DNA of 64,000 nucleotides, from the NCBI GenBank assembly GCA_963825525.1, contig CAWGTN010000002.1:832001-896000 (forward strand), written 5' to 3'. Made by a program: the position numbers and the translations under genes. The notes under the pieces were generated by a model that saw only the letters and a list, made by a program, of their open reading frames with translations, ran no database searches and was not told the origin of the DNA. Position 1 is the stretch's first letter. Each line of letters begins with the position of its first letter. Shown here one piece after another: positions 17,134 to 27,284 of the stretch. This stretch comes from an uncultured Chloroflexia bacterium (GTDB lineage: Bacteria; Chloroflexota; Limnocylindria; QHBO01).

Positions 17134-19640
17134 CGACCGAGAGCGAAACCGCCGCCCGAGCCGGGCGCTCGCGCTTCGATCCGGCATCGTACGAATCGAA
17201 GTGGCGCGAACGCTGGGCCGCGGACGAGCTGTACGTGGCACGGGACGACGACCCGCGTCCGAAGCGCTACGTCCTGACGATGTACCCGTATCCGTCGGGC
17301 GACCTCCACATCGGCCACTGGTATGCGGCGACCGGGCCCGACATCTATGCCCGTATGCAGCGGATGCGCGGTGACAACGTCATGTTCCCGATGGGCTTCG
17401 ACAGCTTCGGGCTGCCCGCCGAGAACGCCGCCATCGACCGGAACATTCACCCGGCCACCTGGACGGCGGCGAACATCGAGCGCATGCGGACCCAGTTCCG
17501 CAGCATGGGTGCGATGTTCGACTGGTCGCGCGAGCTCGCAACCTCGGACCCCGACTACTACCGCTGGACGCAGTGGATCTTCCTCCAGTTCTTCAACGCG
17601 GGGCTCGCCTACCGGGCCATGGCGCCGGTGGACTGGTGCCCGAAGGACCAGGTCGTGCTGGCGCGCGAGCAGGTCGAGGGTACGGATCGGCACTGCTGGC
17701 GCTGCGGCACGCCGGTCATCAAGCGCGACCTCGAGCAGTGGTGGTTCCGCATCACGAACTACTCCGACGAGCTGCTCGACTTCAGCGGCCTCGATTACCC
17801 CGAGCCGATCAAGCTCATGCAGACGAACTGGATCGGCCGCTCGGAGGGGGCGGAGATCGACTTTCCCACCGAGGCCGATGATGTCGAGCCGATCCGCGTC
17901 TTCACCACGCGGCCGGACACGGTGTTCGGTGCCACGTTCATGGTGCTGGCGCCGGAGCACCCGCTCGTCGCAACCCTCACGACCGAGGATCGGCGAGCGG
18001 AGGTCGACGCCTACGTGGCCACGGCGCGGCGAGAGACCGAGATCGAGCGCATGAACACCGAGCGCGAGAAGACCGGGGTCTTCATCGGCGCCTATGCGGT
18101 CAACCCGATGACGAATGAGCGGATCCCGATCTGGATCGCCGACTACGTGCTGCCCGGCTACGGAACGGGGGCGATCATGGCCGTCCCCGCCCACGACGAG
18201 CGTGACTATGAGTTCGCGACGAAGTTCGACCTGCCCATCCGATACGTCGTGGCACCTCCGTCCGGCGAGGTGCCCGATGGCCGGGCCCTTGTCTCGCACG
18301 CCGCCGACGAGGTGCTCATCGACTCCGGCGAATTCACCGGGATGCGAGCCGAGGACGCGATCGGCGCGATCACGAAGTCACTCGAGGAGTCCGGGCGCGG
18401 GCAGATGGCGGTCACGTACCGTCAACGCGATTGGCTCGTCAGCCGGCAGCGGTACTGGGGCGCGCCGATCCCGATCGTGTACTGCGAGGAGCATGGCGCG
18501 GTCCCGGTGCCCGAGGATCAGCTGCCGATCGTGCTGCCCGAGGACGTGGACTTCGCGCCGACCGGCGTCTCGCCGCTCCAGTCGCATGCCGAGTGGCTGG
18601 CCGCGGAGTGCCCGACCTGCGGTGGGCCGGGGCGCCGTGAGACCGATACCCTCGACACGTTCATCGATTCGAGCTGGTATTTCCTCCGCTACTGCTCGCC
18701 GCACGACCGAGAGCGAGCCTGGAACCAGGACGAGGTTGCGGCATGGATGCCGATCGACCTCTACACCGGCGGCGCCGAGCACGCGGTCATGCACCTGATG
18801 TACTTCCGGTTCTTCGTGAAGGCCCTGCGTGACCTCGGACACCTGACGATCGACGAGCCGACGATGAGGCTGCGGAACCAGGGCCAGATCCTGGGCGCCG
18901 ATCACAACCGGATGAGCAAGTCACGCGGCAACGTCCAGGCGCCTGACGAGCTCGTCGAGCGCTACGGGTCCGACACGGTGCGCGCCTTCCTGATGTTCAT
19001 CGGGCCGTGGGACCAGGGCGGACCCTGGAACCCCACCGGCATGGAGGGCATTCACCGCTGGCTGGGACGGGTGTGGGGAGCCGCGCTGCCAGAGGAACGT
19101 CGCCGCGCCGCAGGAGGCCAGGCGCCGGGAACGTCGGAGGACCTGGAGCGCGCACTTCGCCGCGTGACCCACGCGACGGTCGCTGCAGTGACGGACGATT
19201 ACACCGGCCTGCGCTTCAACACCGCGATTGCCAAGCTCATGGAGCTGACGAACGCGATCATCCGCGCCCGCGAAGCGGGCCAGGCTCAGTCGGGCGCCTA
19301 CGCCGACGCCGTCGACACGCTGCTCCTGCTGCTCGCGCCGCTCACCCCGCACATCGCGGAGGAGCTGTGGGAGCGACGGGGCGGCACGTACAGCGTGCAT
19401 CAGCAGGCCTGGCCGGAGGCCGATCCGGCACTGGTCGCATCCGACGTGGTCGAGCTGCCGATCCAGGTGGACGGCAAGCTGCGTGATCGGCTGGTGGTGA
19501 ACGCCGATACGCCCGCCGAGGAGATCGAGCGCCTGGCGCTCGCCTCCGATCATGTCCAGCGCTACCTGGCCGGGCGTGCGCCCCGACGGGTGATTCAGAT
19601 CCCCGGGAAGCTCGTGAATATCGTCACGCCACGGGACTGA
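17130..19640 (+). CDS. leuS: Leucine--tRNA ligase
   Basis: MYPYPSGDLHIGH (HIGH), FTTRPDT editing domain, WLVSRQRYWG, DTFIDSSWY and RMSKSRGN (KMSKS). Confidence 0.98.
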   Translation: MTTESETAARAGRSRFDPASYESKWRERWAADELYVARDDDPRPKRYVLTMYPYPSGDLHIGHWYAATGPDIYARMQRMRGDNVMFPMGFDSFGLPAENAAIDRNIHPATWTAANIERMRTQFRSMGAMFDWSRELATSDPDYYRWTQWIFLQFFNAGLAYRAMAPVDWCPKDQVVLAREQVEGTDRHCWRCGTPVIKRDLEQWWFRITNYSDELLDFSGLDYPEPIKLMQTNWIGRSEGAEIDFPTEADDVEPIRVFTTRPDTVFGATFMVLAPEHPLVATLTTEDRRAEVDAYVATARRETEIERMNTEREKTGVFIGAYAVNPMTNERIPIWIADYVLPGYGTGAIMAVPAHDERDYEFATKFDLPIRYVVAPPSGEVPDGRALVSHAADEVLIDSGEFTGMRAEDAIGAITKSLEESGRGQMAVTYRQRDWLVSRQRYWGAPIPIVYCEEHGAVPVPEDQLPIVLPEDVDFAPTGVSPLQSHAEWLAAECPTCGGPGRRETDTLDTFIDSSWYFLRYCSPHDRERAWNQDEVAAWMPIDLYTGGAEHAVMHLMYFRFFVKALRDLGHLTIDEPTMRLRNQGQILGADHNRMSKSRGNVQAPDELVERYGSDTVRAFLMFIGPWDQGGPWNPTGMEGIHRWLGRVWGAALPEERRRAAGGQAPGTSEDLERALRRVTHATVAAVTDDYTGLRFNTAIAKLMELTNAIIRAREAGQAQSGAYADAVDTLLLLLAPLTPHIAEELWERRGGTYSVHQQAWPEADPALVASDVVELPIQVDGKLRDRLVVNADTPAEEIERLALASDHVQRYLAGRAPRRVIQIPGKLVNIVTPRD

Positions 19641-19801
19641 ACGGCCGGCTCGATAAGGTCCGGGTAACCGCGGGGTAACGGCGCCCGCCGTAGAGTGCGG
19701 TCCTGCTTCCGACGCCCGGCGCCGAGTGCCCGGGTGCCGGGCGTCGGACGCAGCTGCTCGCCTTCACCTCATCCTTCGCCTCCCCGACGGGAGGCTCCAC
19801 G

Positions 19802-20440
19802 ATGTCTCGTTCCGATCGCATCACGCTCGCCGCCGGTGGATGCGCGCTGGTGCTTGCGCTGGCCGGCGGGTGGTTGCTGTTCGTGCCATCGGATCCGGCC
19901 GCACTGGGTGTGTCAGCCATCGCGACCGTCCTTCCATCCGGTGCCGCCGTGCCCGAGTCCAGCCCGACCAGCTCCCCCGTCGCGTTGATCGTCGTGGATG
20001 TCCAAGGCGCCGTCGAGACCCCCGGGATCCGCGAGCTTCGAGGCGGCGCGAGGGTGGCAGATGCCATCGCGGCGGCCGGTGGCTACGCTTCCGACGCCGA
20101 CCTGGCGGCGGCCGCCGCAACGCTCAACCTCGCCCAGCCACTGAGCGACGGTGAGCAGATCCGCGTCCCGCGCATCGGCGAGACCGCCGCGCCCGGAGTC
20201 GCTACGGGCGGCGGGCCGCCGACGGCACCGGGGGCCGGGGGTGCCGGCGGGCTGGTGGATCTGAACACGGCCACGCCCGAGGCCCTCGAGGCCCTGCCGG
20301 GGATCGGGCCCGTCACGGTGCAGAAGATCGTGGCGGCCCGGCAGGAGCAGCCGTTCACCTCGCTTGACGACGCCGTGCAGCGCGGCGTCATCAACCGCGG
20401 CCAGCTGGAGGACATCCAGGCCCTCGCCACGGCCGGCTGA
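19802..20440 (+). CDS. comEA: Competence protein ComEA (SLBB + helix-hairpin-helix)
   Basis: N-terminal TM; VDVQGAVETPG...RVADAI..AGG, LNLA..L.DGEQI and VDLNTAT...LPGIGP motifs. Confidence 0.92.
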   Translation: MSRSDRITLAAGGCALVLALAGGWLLFVPSDPAALGVSAIATVLPSGAAVPESSPTSSPVALIVVDVQGAVETPGIRELRGGARVADAIAAAGGYASDADLAAAAATLNLAQPLSDGEQIRVPRIGETAAPGVATGGGPPTAPGAGGAGGLVDLNTATPEALEALPGIGPVTVQKIVAARQEQPFTSLDDAVQRGVINRGQLEDIQALATAG

Positions 20441-20441
20441 G

Positions 20442-23336
20442 GTGGGTGCGACTCGCCTCGTCCTTCCGGGAATCGTGGCCGGCGCCGCATCCGGGATCCT
20501 CGCCGCCGATCAGGGGTGGCTGCCTCCGGTTGGCGGTGTCGCTCTGGGCGGACTCGCCCTCCTGGCCGGCGCGTTTGCGCTCTCCGGCACCATCACCGGC
20601 GCTCGGTTGGCCTTCGCAGCCGCTGTGGCCATCGGTATGGCCGCCGGCGGGTGGCGGTTCGACGCCGTGGCCTCATCCAGCCTCGAATCCGGCCCGTCCC
20701 TGGCGACGCTGGTCGATGGCGCAGACCATGACCTGGTGGGGACGGTCGCCGACGATCCGCGCCCGCGCCAGGATCGGCTTCAGCTCGTGCTGACGGACGT
20801 GTCCGCCGATATCGCGGGAGTCCCGACGCCGATGTCGGACGGGCTGGTTGCCTGGACGCCGCGGGGGCTCGACATCGGAAGCGGCGATCGCGTCTGGCTC
20901 CGCTCGCGGCTCGAGCTACCCGAGGACTTTGACGGTTTCGCGTATCGCGAGTATCTCGCGCGCCAGGACGTGTCAGTCATCGGACGACCGCGGGATGTTC
21001 GCCTGGTTTCGAGGGTCGCGGGGCCGCAGGCGATCCTGTACGGCACGCGCCGCGCACTTCTCGACGGCCTCAACTCGCTGGTCCCGGAGCCCGAGGCGGC
21101 ACTGGGAGCAGGCATCCTGCTGGGGGTCCGCGCGGCCATCGCCCCGGAGATCAGCGACGCGTTCGCCGTCGCCGGGCTGACCCACGTGGTCGCCATCTCG
21201 GGTTGGAATATCGCGATCGTGACGGCACTCGTCGCGGCCGCCGTGCGACCCCTCGAAGCCGGCCCCGGCGGCCGCTGGACGACCGCGCTGATCGCCGCGG
21301 GGGTGGTTGGGGCCTACGTGCTGTTGACCGGAGCCAGCCCGTCCGTCGTTCGGGCAGCGCTCATGGCCGCCGCGATGCTCATCGCCAGGCTCGGTGGGTC
21401 CCGTGCCCACGCCGCATCGGCGCTCGGCGTGGCCGCGCTGGCCATGCTGCTGGTCGCGCCCGCCGTCCTGTGGGACGTGGGGTTCCAGCTCTCGCTGCTC
21501 GCCACCGGTGGGCTCATCTGGTTCGGCGCGAGCATCGAGCGGCGGCTGCACGGGTGGCCGGCATGGATTCGCGAGCCGGTGGCCCTGACACTGGCCGCCC
21601 AGCTGACCACGCTGCCGGTCATCCTCGTGAACTTCGAGCGGCTCTCGCTCGTCGCCCCGCTCGCGAACGTGCTCGTGGTTCCGTTCGTGCCGGTGGCCAT
21701 GCTCTTCGGCGCAATCGCTTCGGCGGTCGGCATGCTCGATGGTGTCGTCCACCTGTCGCTGGTGGGCGACCTCGCGGGTTGGCTGGCAGGTGGGGCCGAG
21801 TGGCTGACCCTGCGGGTCATCATCGTCCTCGGCAGCCTGATGGCATCGGTACCGCTGGCGGCGGTCGACGTCTCGCTCCCTCCAGTCCTGGCAGCGGCAT
21901 GGCTTCCGGTCCTCGGACTTGCCAGCTGGGCGATGTCGGCTCCGTCCACAGATCCGGTCGCAGAGCCGATGCGCTCCGGTCAAACCGCACCGCCGGCCGT
22001 TATCGCGCGCGTGGCGCGCCCCGCGCCCATCGCCGCGTTCCTCGTGGCCATCCTGGTGGTTGTCACCGTTGGCTCGCGGCCCGACGGCCGTCTGCACATC
22101 ACGGTTCTCGATATCGGCCAGGGGGATGCGATCCTGGTCGAGGCCCCGACCGGCGCCACCATGCTCGTCGACGGAGGCCCCGATCCTGAGCTGACCCTGC
22201 GACGGATCGGCGCAAATCTGCCCTACTTCGCCCGCCGCATCGATGTCCTGGTGCTCAGCCACCCGCACCAGGATCATGTCGCCGGACTCGTCGACGCGCT
22301 GCACCGGCATCGGGTGGGTGTGATCCTCCACGCCGGGATCGAGTTCGAGAACCCGGCCAACGACCGCCTCCTGGCCGATGCCGCCGCTCGAGGCGTCTCG
22401 GTGCAGGCGGTGACTGCCGGCAATCGCATCCGGTTGGACCCGACCACCTCGATCGAGGTCATCTATCCGGCCGCGACCGATGTCGCTTCACCGCTCCCCG
22501 ACGGCGATATCAACAACGGCTCGCTCGTGATCGTGCTGCGCCATGGTGCCTTCACGGCGCTGTTGACCGGCGACGCCGAGGCTCCCGTCGAGGAGCGGCT
22601 CGCCGCGCGTGGCGAGCTGCCGGTGGCCGACATGCTCAAGGTCGGGCATCACGGCTCCACGTCCTCGACGTCGGAGATCCTGCTCGCCCGTGTCGATCCC
22701 TACGTCGCGGTGATCTCCTCGGGAGCCGGGAACGAGTACGGCCACCCGGCCCCCGAGACGCTGGCCGCCCTCGCCGCGCGCCCCGCGACCGAGGTGTATC
22801 GGACCGATCTCCAGGGCGACATCGAGCTCGTGACCGATGGCAGCCGGTTCATGGTGAGGACCGATGCCGGATGGAGCACGTCACGGGCAGTGCACGGGGG
22901 CGGGGTGGCGGGTAGCATCGGACCGTGGCCGTACCCGATCGACTCACCGCGCGGAGGCTGCTCGACGAGGCGGGCCTGCCAGACGGCATCGTCCGCCATT
23001 CCGAGGGGGTGGCCCGGGTTGCCGGCGCCGCGGCGGCACTGCTGGCCGAGGCGCAGATCCCGATCGACGGCGCGCTGGTGGAGGCCGCGGCGCTGCTCCA
23101 CGACATCGACAAGATCGAGATCCGACGCACCGGCGGCGAGCATGGAATCGTGGGCGCCCGACGGCTCGAGGCAGCAGGGTACGAGGAGCTCTCGATCCCG
23201 GTCGCCTCCCATCCGGTCACCGCGCTGCTGGATGACGATCGATTTCCGATCGGCTGGCCATCGGTCGTGGTGGCGATCGCGGACCGCCACGTCGCGCAGG
23301 ACTTCGTCACCATCGACGAGCGCCTGGACGACATGA
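20442..23336 (+). CDS. comEC: DNA uptake protein ComEC/Rec2 (conserved part ends ~22870; the ORF tail overlaps the next gene)
   Basis: GLTHVVAISGWN, PSVVRAALM, GFQLS, LDIGQGDAIL, SHPHQDH, LTGDAE, KVGHHGS and NEYGHP motifs. Confidence 0.92.
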   Translation: MGATRLVLPGIVAGAASGILAADQGWLPPVGGVALGGLALLAGAFALSGTITGARLAFAAAVAIGMAAGGWRFDAVASSSLESGPSLATLVDGADHDLVGTVADDPRPRQDRLQLVLTDVSADIAGVPTPMSDGLVAWTPRGLDIGSGDRVWLRSRLELPEDFDGFAYREYLARQDVSVIGRPRDVRLVSRVAGPQAILYGTRRALLDGLNSLVPEPEAALGAGILLGVRAAIAPEISDAFAVAGLTHVVAISGWNIAIVTALVAAAVRPLEAGPGGRWTTALIAAGVVGAYVLLTGASPSVVRAALMAAAMLIARLGGSRAHAASALGVAALAMLLVAPAVLWDVGFQLSLLATGGLIWFGASIERRLHGWPAWIREPVALTLAAQLTTLPVILVNFERLSLVAPLANVLVVPFVPVAMLFGAIASAVGMLDGVVHLSLVGDLAGWLAGGAEWLTLRVIIVLGSLMASVPLAAVDVSLPPVLAAAWLPVLGLASWAMSAPSTDPVAEPMRSGQTAPPAVIARVARPAPIAAFLVAILVVVTVGSRPDGRLHITVLDIGQGDAILVEAPTGATMLVDGGPDPELTLRRIGANLPYFARRIDVLVLSHPHQDHVAGLVDALHRHRVGVILHAGIEFENPANDRLLADAAARGVSVQAVTAGNRIRLDPTTSIEVIYPAATDVASPLPDGDINNGSLVIVLRHGAFTALLTGDAEAPVEERLAARGELPVADMLKVGHHGSTSSTSEILLARVDPYVAVISSGAGNEYGHPAPETLAALAARPATEVYRTDLQGDIELVTDGSRFMVRTDAGWSTSRAVHGGGVAGSIGPWPYPIDSPRGGCSTRRACQTASSAIPRGWPGLPAPRRHCWPRRRSRSTARWWRPRRCSTTSTRSRSDAPAASMESWAPDGSRQQGTRSSRSRSPPIRSPRCWMTIDFRSAGHRSWWRSRTATSRRTSSPSTSAWTT

Positions 23337-23482
23337 AGACACGTCATCCCGAGCATGCCGACGACATCGAAGCCGCTCGGCGACCGTCGCACGCCCTCGA
23401 GGCGGAGCTTGCCGAGATGGTCGGCCTGGCCGTCGATGATTTGGTCGACCGGCTGCGCGACGCGTGGGCGGCGGGCTCATGA
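22925..23482 (+). CDS. HD domain phosphohydrolase
   Basis: IVRHSEGVA, AALLHDIDK, H..H and IAD motifs; stop overlaps the holA start. Confidence 0.85.
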   Translation: MAVPDRLTARRLLDEAGLPDGIVRHSEGVARVAGAAAALLAEAQIPIDGALVEAAALLHDIDKIEIRRTGGEHGIVGARRLEAAGYEELSIPVASHPVTALLDDDRFPIGWPSVVVAIADRHVAQDFVTIDERLDDMKTRHPEHADDIEAARRPSHALEAELAEMVGLAVDDLVDRLRDAWAAGS

Positions 23483-24507
23483 CCGCCAACCTGCTCCTCA
23501 TCCACGGTGACGACGGTTTCGGCCTGGACCTCGCCCTCCGCGCGTTCGCGGGCGACGTCGACGCCAGTGACCTCGCGGAGATCGTGCCTGAGCGAACGCC
23601 CGACGAGGCGGCAATCGACCGGGCGCGCCTGGAAGCCGGCACCATGAGCATGTTCGGGCTCCACCTCGCCGTGCTTCGTCAGCCACTCCGCGCGGCGGGC
23701 CGGTCCACGGCGGCGGCCGATCGGCTGCTGGCCCTGGTGAACGACCTCCCGGACGGTACGGCACTGGCGCTTGTCGAGGAACGGCCATCGCGGGACATCT
23801 CGAAGCCGCCGGCCCTGCTGAAGCGCCTGGCCGAGGCAGTCAAGGGGCGCGGGGGACGCGTCGAGGAGCATGCCGCTCCGAGGCGGGGCGAGCTGCGGGG
23901 ATGGATCGTGGCCCATGCCGCGCGCCTCAGCCTCCCCATCGAGATGCGGGCCGCCCACGTGCTGGCCGAGCGAATCGGCGGGGCCATCTGGGAGACCGAC
24001 ATCGAGCGCGGGGAGATGACGCGCATCGCGGATGGCGAGCTTCGCAAGCTGGCGACGTACGCGGGTGACCGCTCGATCAGCGTGGCGGATGTCGAGGCGC
24101 TGACCCCCGACACGCGGCCCGCATCGGTGTTTGCGATCACCAACGCGCTCGATCGGCGGGAGCCGGCCGCGGCGGCCGATGCCCTGCGACGAGCGCTCGA
24201 GGACGGTCAGCCCGGGTTGCGCATCCTTGCGTCACTGGCAGGTCGAGTCTCGGACCTCATCGTCGCCCGGGACTTGGTGGCTTCGAAAACGCCCCCGAAC
24301 GAGATTGCCCGTCGCCTGGCTCGAGGCAACGCCAGGATGGCCGAGCGCATCGTGGACGCGGCTCGCCGCTATCGGGGGGAGGAGCTCGAGCGGATGCTCA
24401 TCGGCCTCCACGAGGCGGACGTGGCCATCAAGGCGAACATCATGGACGAGGAGCCGGCGCTGGTCGCCTGGCTCGGGGAGCACCTGCTGGCCTCGCGGCC
24501 CGCCTGA
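23479..24507 (+). CDS. holA: DNA polymerase III subunit delta
   Basis: LLLIHGDD start, ELRKLATYAG...DVEAL...VFAITNAL, L.EADVAIK; conserved comEC-holA synteny. Confidence 0.82.
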   Translation: MTANLLLIHGDDGFGLDLALRAFAGDVDASDLAEIVPERTPDEAAIDRARLEAGTMSMFGLHLAVLRQPLRAAGRSTAAADRLLALVNDLPDGTALALVEERPSRDISKPPALLKRLAEAVKGRGGRVEEHAAPRRGELRGWIVAHAARLSLPIEMRAAHVLAERIGGAIWETDIERGEMTRIADGELRKLATYAGDRSISVADVEALTPDTRPASVFAITNALDRREPAAAADALRRALEDGQPGLRILASLAGRVSDLIVARDLVASKTPPNEIARRLARGNARMAERIVDAARRYRGEELERMLIGLHEADVAIKANIMDEEPALVAWLGEHLLASRPA

Positions 24508-24514
24508 GCTGTCG

Positions 24515-24793
24515 CTAGGCGGCGGGCGCCTGTCCGGCGGAGCCGGCGCTCAGGACTCGATCGGACTCGATCGCGAACGTGCACCGGGCGCCATCGAGCC
24601 CGAGGATGCCGATGAGCTGCTGGTCGACGTACAGCTGGCGACACGGCACGCACAGGGCACCGGGGATGGCGAAGAAGAGGCGCTCGTCGGCTTCCGGATC
24701 ACGGAACACGGTGTCGAAGACGCTCGTGAGGAGGCTGCCACTGCAGAAGCGGCAGGTCTCGATTGATCGCGAGCGACGCGTCTGATCGGTCAT
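24515..24793 (-). CDS. Small zinc-ribbon protein (CxxC...CxxC, YgiT-like)
   Basis: CRFC...IPGALCVPCRQLY; 92 aa. Confidence 0.6.
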   Translation of the reverse strand: MTDQTRRSRSIETCRFCSGSLLTSVFDTVFRDPEADERLFFAIPGALCVPCRQLYVDQQLIGILGLDGARCTFAIESDRVLSAGSAGQAPAA

Positions 24794-24881
24794 GCATGGA
24801 GCATGCGAACGCCGAGGCGCCCTCTCAATGGGACCGATGGGCCATGCCCGACGGCCCGGGCTGGTACTTCCGGCCCCTGGC

Positions 24882-25280
24882 TCAGACGATGCGAACGACC
24901 TGCGCAGCCTTGCCCCACAGGCGCTCGAGACCGTAGAACTCGCGCTCCTCGGGCGCGAACACGTGGACGATCACCGTCCCGAAGTCGATGAGCACCCAGC
25001 GTGCCGACTGCCGCCCCTCGGTCCCGCGCGGCCGAATGCCCTCGTCGCGCAGCTCGTCGATGATGGCGCCGGAGAGCGCCGCGACCTGCCGATCGCTGCG
25101 CCCGGAGCAGATGACGAAGAAATCGGCCATGGTGGTGAGCTCCGCCGTGCGCAGCATGACGATGTCGTTGCCCTTCTTGTCCGACGCGATCTCGACGATC
25201 CGATGCGCCAGGGCAGCCGCATCCTCCGGGATATCGACCCGCTCGGTCGCCACCTTGTCGTCCGCCGCCTCGTCAACCAC
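24882..25280 (-). CDS. rsfS: Ribosome silencing factor RsfS (Iojap)
   Basis: DKKGNDI, ADFFVICSG, WVLIDFG.VIVHVF and REFYGLERLW motifs. Confidence 0.95.
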   Translation of the reverse strand: MVDEAADDKVATERVDIPEDAAALAHRIVEIASDKKGNDIVMLRTAELTTMADFFVICSGRSDRQVAALSGAIIDELRDEGIRPRGTEGRQSARWVLIDFGTVIVHVFAPEEREFYGLERLWGKAAQVVRIV

Positions 25281-25953
25281 GGCGGTACAGCGCTCGTTCG
25301 ATGATGAGCTCCTCCACGTCGCGCGGCACAAGGTAGCGGATGGTGTGCCCCGCCGCCACCCGCCTCCTGATCTCGGACGAGCTCACGTCGAGGGATGGCC
25401 CCTCGAGGAGCCTGATCCGGCCCGCTCGGTCACCGAATCGCTCGGCCAGGAGGCCCCGGGGCGGCATCGGAGTCCCTGGTCGCGGCCCCACAACCCATTC
25501 GATCTCCTCGAGCAGCCGGTCGGGCTCACGCCACGAGTCGATCTGGGCCAGCGAGTCGGCTGCCATGATCAGCGTCAGCTCGGCGTCCGGGTGGAGCCGC
25601 TTCAGTTCGAGAACGCTGTCGATCGTGTACGACGGTCCGGGGCGCTCCATCTCGAGGCCGCTGAGCTCGAACGTGGGTTCGTCCTGGATCGCCAGCCGCG
25701 TCATGAGCAGCCGATCCGCGGCGCGCGTGACCGGTCGCCCACCCTTGTGAGGAGGTTGGGCCGCGGGCATGAACAGCACCCGGTCGAACCCAACCGTGTC
25801 GGCCGCCAAAGCAGCCAGCCAGAGGTGCCCGACATGGGGAGGGTCGAACGTTCCGCCGAATACACCGATGCGATGCGGGGCATCATCGCGGGCGGTGGGA
25901 GCCCGTCGGGTCCCAGGACCGGCGTCGGGGGCCATCAGGAGAGCGGGGCTCAA
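25273..25953 (-). CDS. nadD: Nicotinate-nucleotide adenylyltransferase
   Basis: GGTFDPPHVGH, PPHK, PSYTIDS and SSSEIR motifs. Confidence 0.95.
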   Translation of the reverse strand: MSPALLMAPDAGPGTRRAPTARDDAPHRIGVFGGTFDPPHVGHLWLAALAADTVGFDRVLFMPAAQPPHKGGRPVTRAADRLLMTRLAIQDEPTFELSGLEMERPGPSYTIDSVLELKRLHPDAELTLIMAADSLAQIDSWREPDRLLEEIEWVVGPRPGTPMPPRGLLAERFGDRAGRIRLLEGPSLDVSSSEIRRRVAAGHTIRYLVPRDVEELIIERALYRRG

Positions 25954-27236
25954 TCGTCTTCACCCCACTCAAGGTCGATCGGGCCGACGTGCACGGTCGA
26001 GCCCGCCGACGCGCCGGCGCGCCGCAGCTCGACGTCGACGCCGAGCCGCTCGAGCAGACGCCAGAAGCGATCCCGGGACTCCTCGTTCTCGAAGTTGGTC
26101 CGTGCCGCCTGCAGCTCCAGGCGACGCCCTCGGACACGGAAGCCGTCTCCATCCGCAACGACCTCCCAGCCCTCGGCCAGCGGATCGAAGCGGTGGACGC
26201 GCATCTCCCGATCCGGGTGCTCTTCCTCCTGGATGGCCGCGTCGGCGATGGCGCTGGCCAGGCGAGCTCGGAGCTCGTCAAGTCCGGTTCCGTCATGGGC
26301 GCTGACGCCGATGGGTGCGTCGCCACCTGCGGCGAGCGCGCGTCGCAGCTCGGGCCATCGCTCCCCCACCTCGGGCAGATCGAGCTTGGTGACGACCAGC
26401 GGCAGAGGTCGATCGAGCAGGCTGGCATCGTGGAGCCGAAGCTCATCGGCGACCGCCCGCCATTCCTCGACCGGCTCGCGTCCCGCGCCATCCACGACGC
26501 CGACGATGACCCGCGTCCGCTCCACGTGGCGCAGGAAGTGATGTCCTAGCCCACGGCCTTCGTGAGCTCCCTCGATCAACCCGGGCACATCGGCGATGAC
26601 GACCGTGTGCTCCTCGTCGATCGCCATCACGCCGAGGTTGGGCGTGATGGTGGTGAAGGGATAGGCGCCGACCTCGGGTCGGGCCTCCGTCAACGCGGCC
26701 AGGAGCGTCGACTTGCCGGCATTCGGGGCACCGACCAGGCCGATATCGGCAATGAGCTTCAGTTCGAGCTCGATCCAGCGCTCCTCGCCCGGGGTGCCCT
26801 TCTCGGCATGCTTCGGCGCGCGATGCGTGGCGCTCGCGAAGTGGACGTTTCCGCGGCCGCCGCGGCCGCCGTGCGCGACAACGAGGCGCGCGTCCGCCTC
26901 CATGAGCTCACCGAGGTAATCGCCGTCGGGGTGCGAGCGGACGAGCGTGCCGGGGGGGACGCGGATCGTGACATCCGGCGAATTCTTGCCGTGAGCGCGG
27001 CGACCCATGCCCTTGCCGCCGGGCGCCGCTCGGAAGTGGCGGCGGCGCTTGAAGTCCCCCAATGTCGTCATGCCGGCCTCGACGACCAGGATGACGCTGC
27101 CGCCTCGTCCCCCGTCGCCGCCGTCGGGGCCACCGCGCGGGACGTGGGCCTCGCGCCGGAAGCTGGATGCGCCGTCGCCGCCCGTTCCGCCGGAGACGAG
27201 GATGCGCGCGCGGTCAGCGAACACGGGACGGGGCAT
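25950..27236 (-). CDS. obgE: GTPase ObgE/CgtA
   Basis: FRREAHVPRGGPDGGDGG, GAPNAGKST, YPFTT, DVPGLIEGA and TKLD motifs; C-terminal DUF1967-like domain. Confidence 0.97.
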   Translation of the reverse strand: MPRPVFADRARILVSGGTGGDGASSFRREAHVPRGGPDGGDGGRGGSVILVVEAGMTTLGDFKRRRHFRAAPGGKGMGRRAHGKNSPDVTIRVPPGTLVRSHPDGDYLGELMEADARLVVAHGGRGGRGNVHFASATHRAPKHAEKGTPGEERWIELELKLIADIGLVGAPNAGKSTLLAALTEARPEVGAYPFTTITPNLGVMAIDEEHTVVIADVPGLIEGAHEGRGLGHHFLRHVERTRVIVGVVDGAGREPVEEWRAVADELRLHDASLLDRPLPLVVTKLDLPEVGERWPELRRALAAGGDAPIGVSAHDGTGLDELRARLASAIADAAIQEEEHPDREMRVHRFDPLAEGWEVVADGDGFRVRGRRLELQAARTNFENEESRDRFWRLLERLGVDVELRRAGASAGSTVHVGPIDLEWGEDD

Positions 27237-27284
27237 AGCAACGCACGCGGCCGGCGCCGTCGAGGGTCGGGGGGGACGCCGAGA

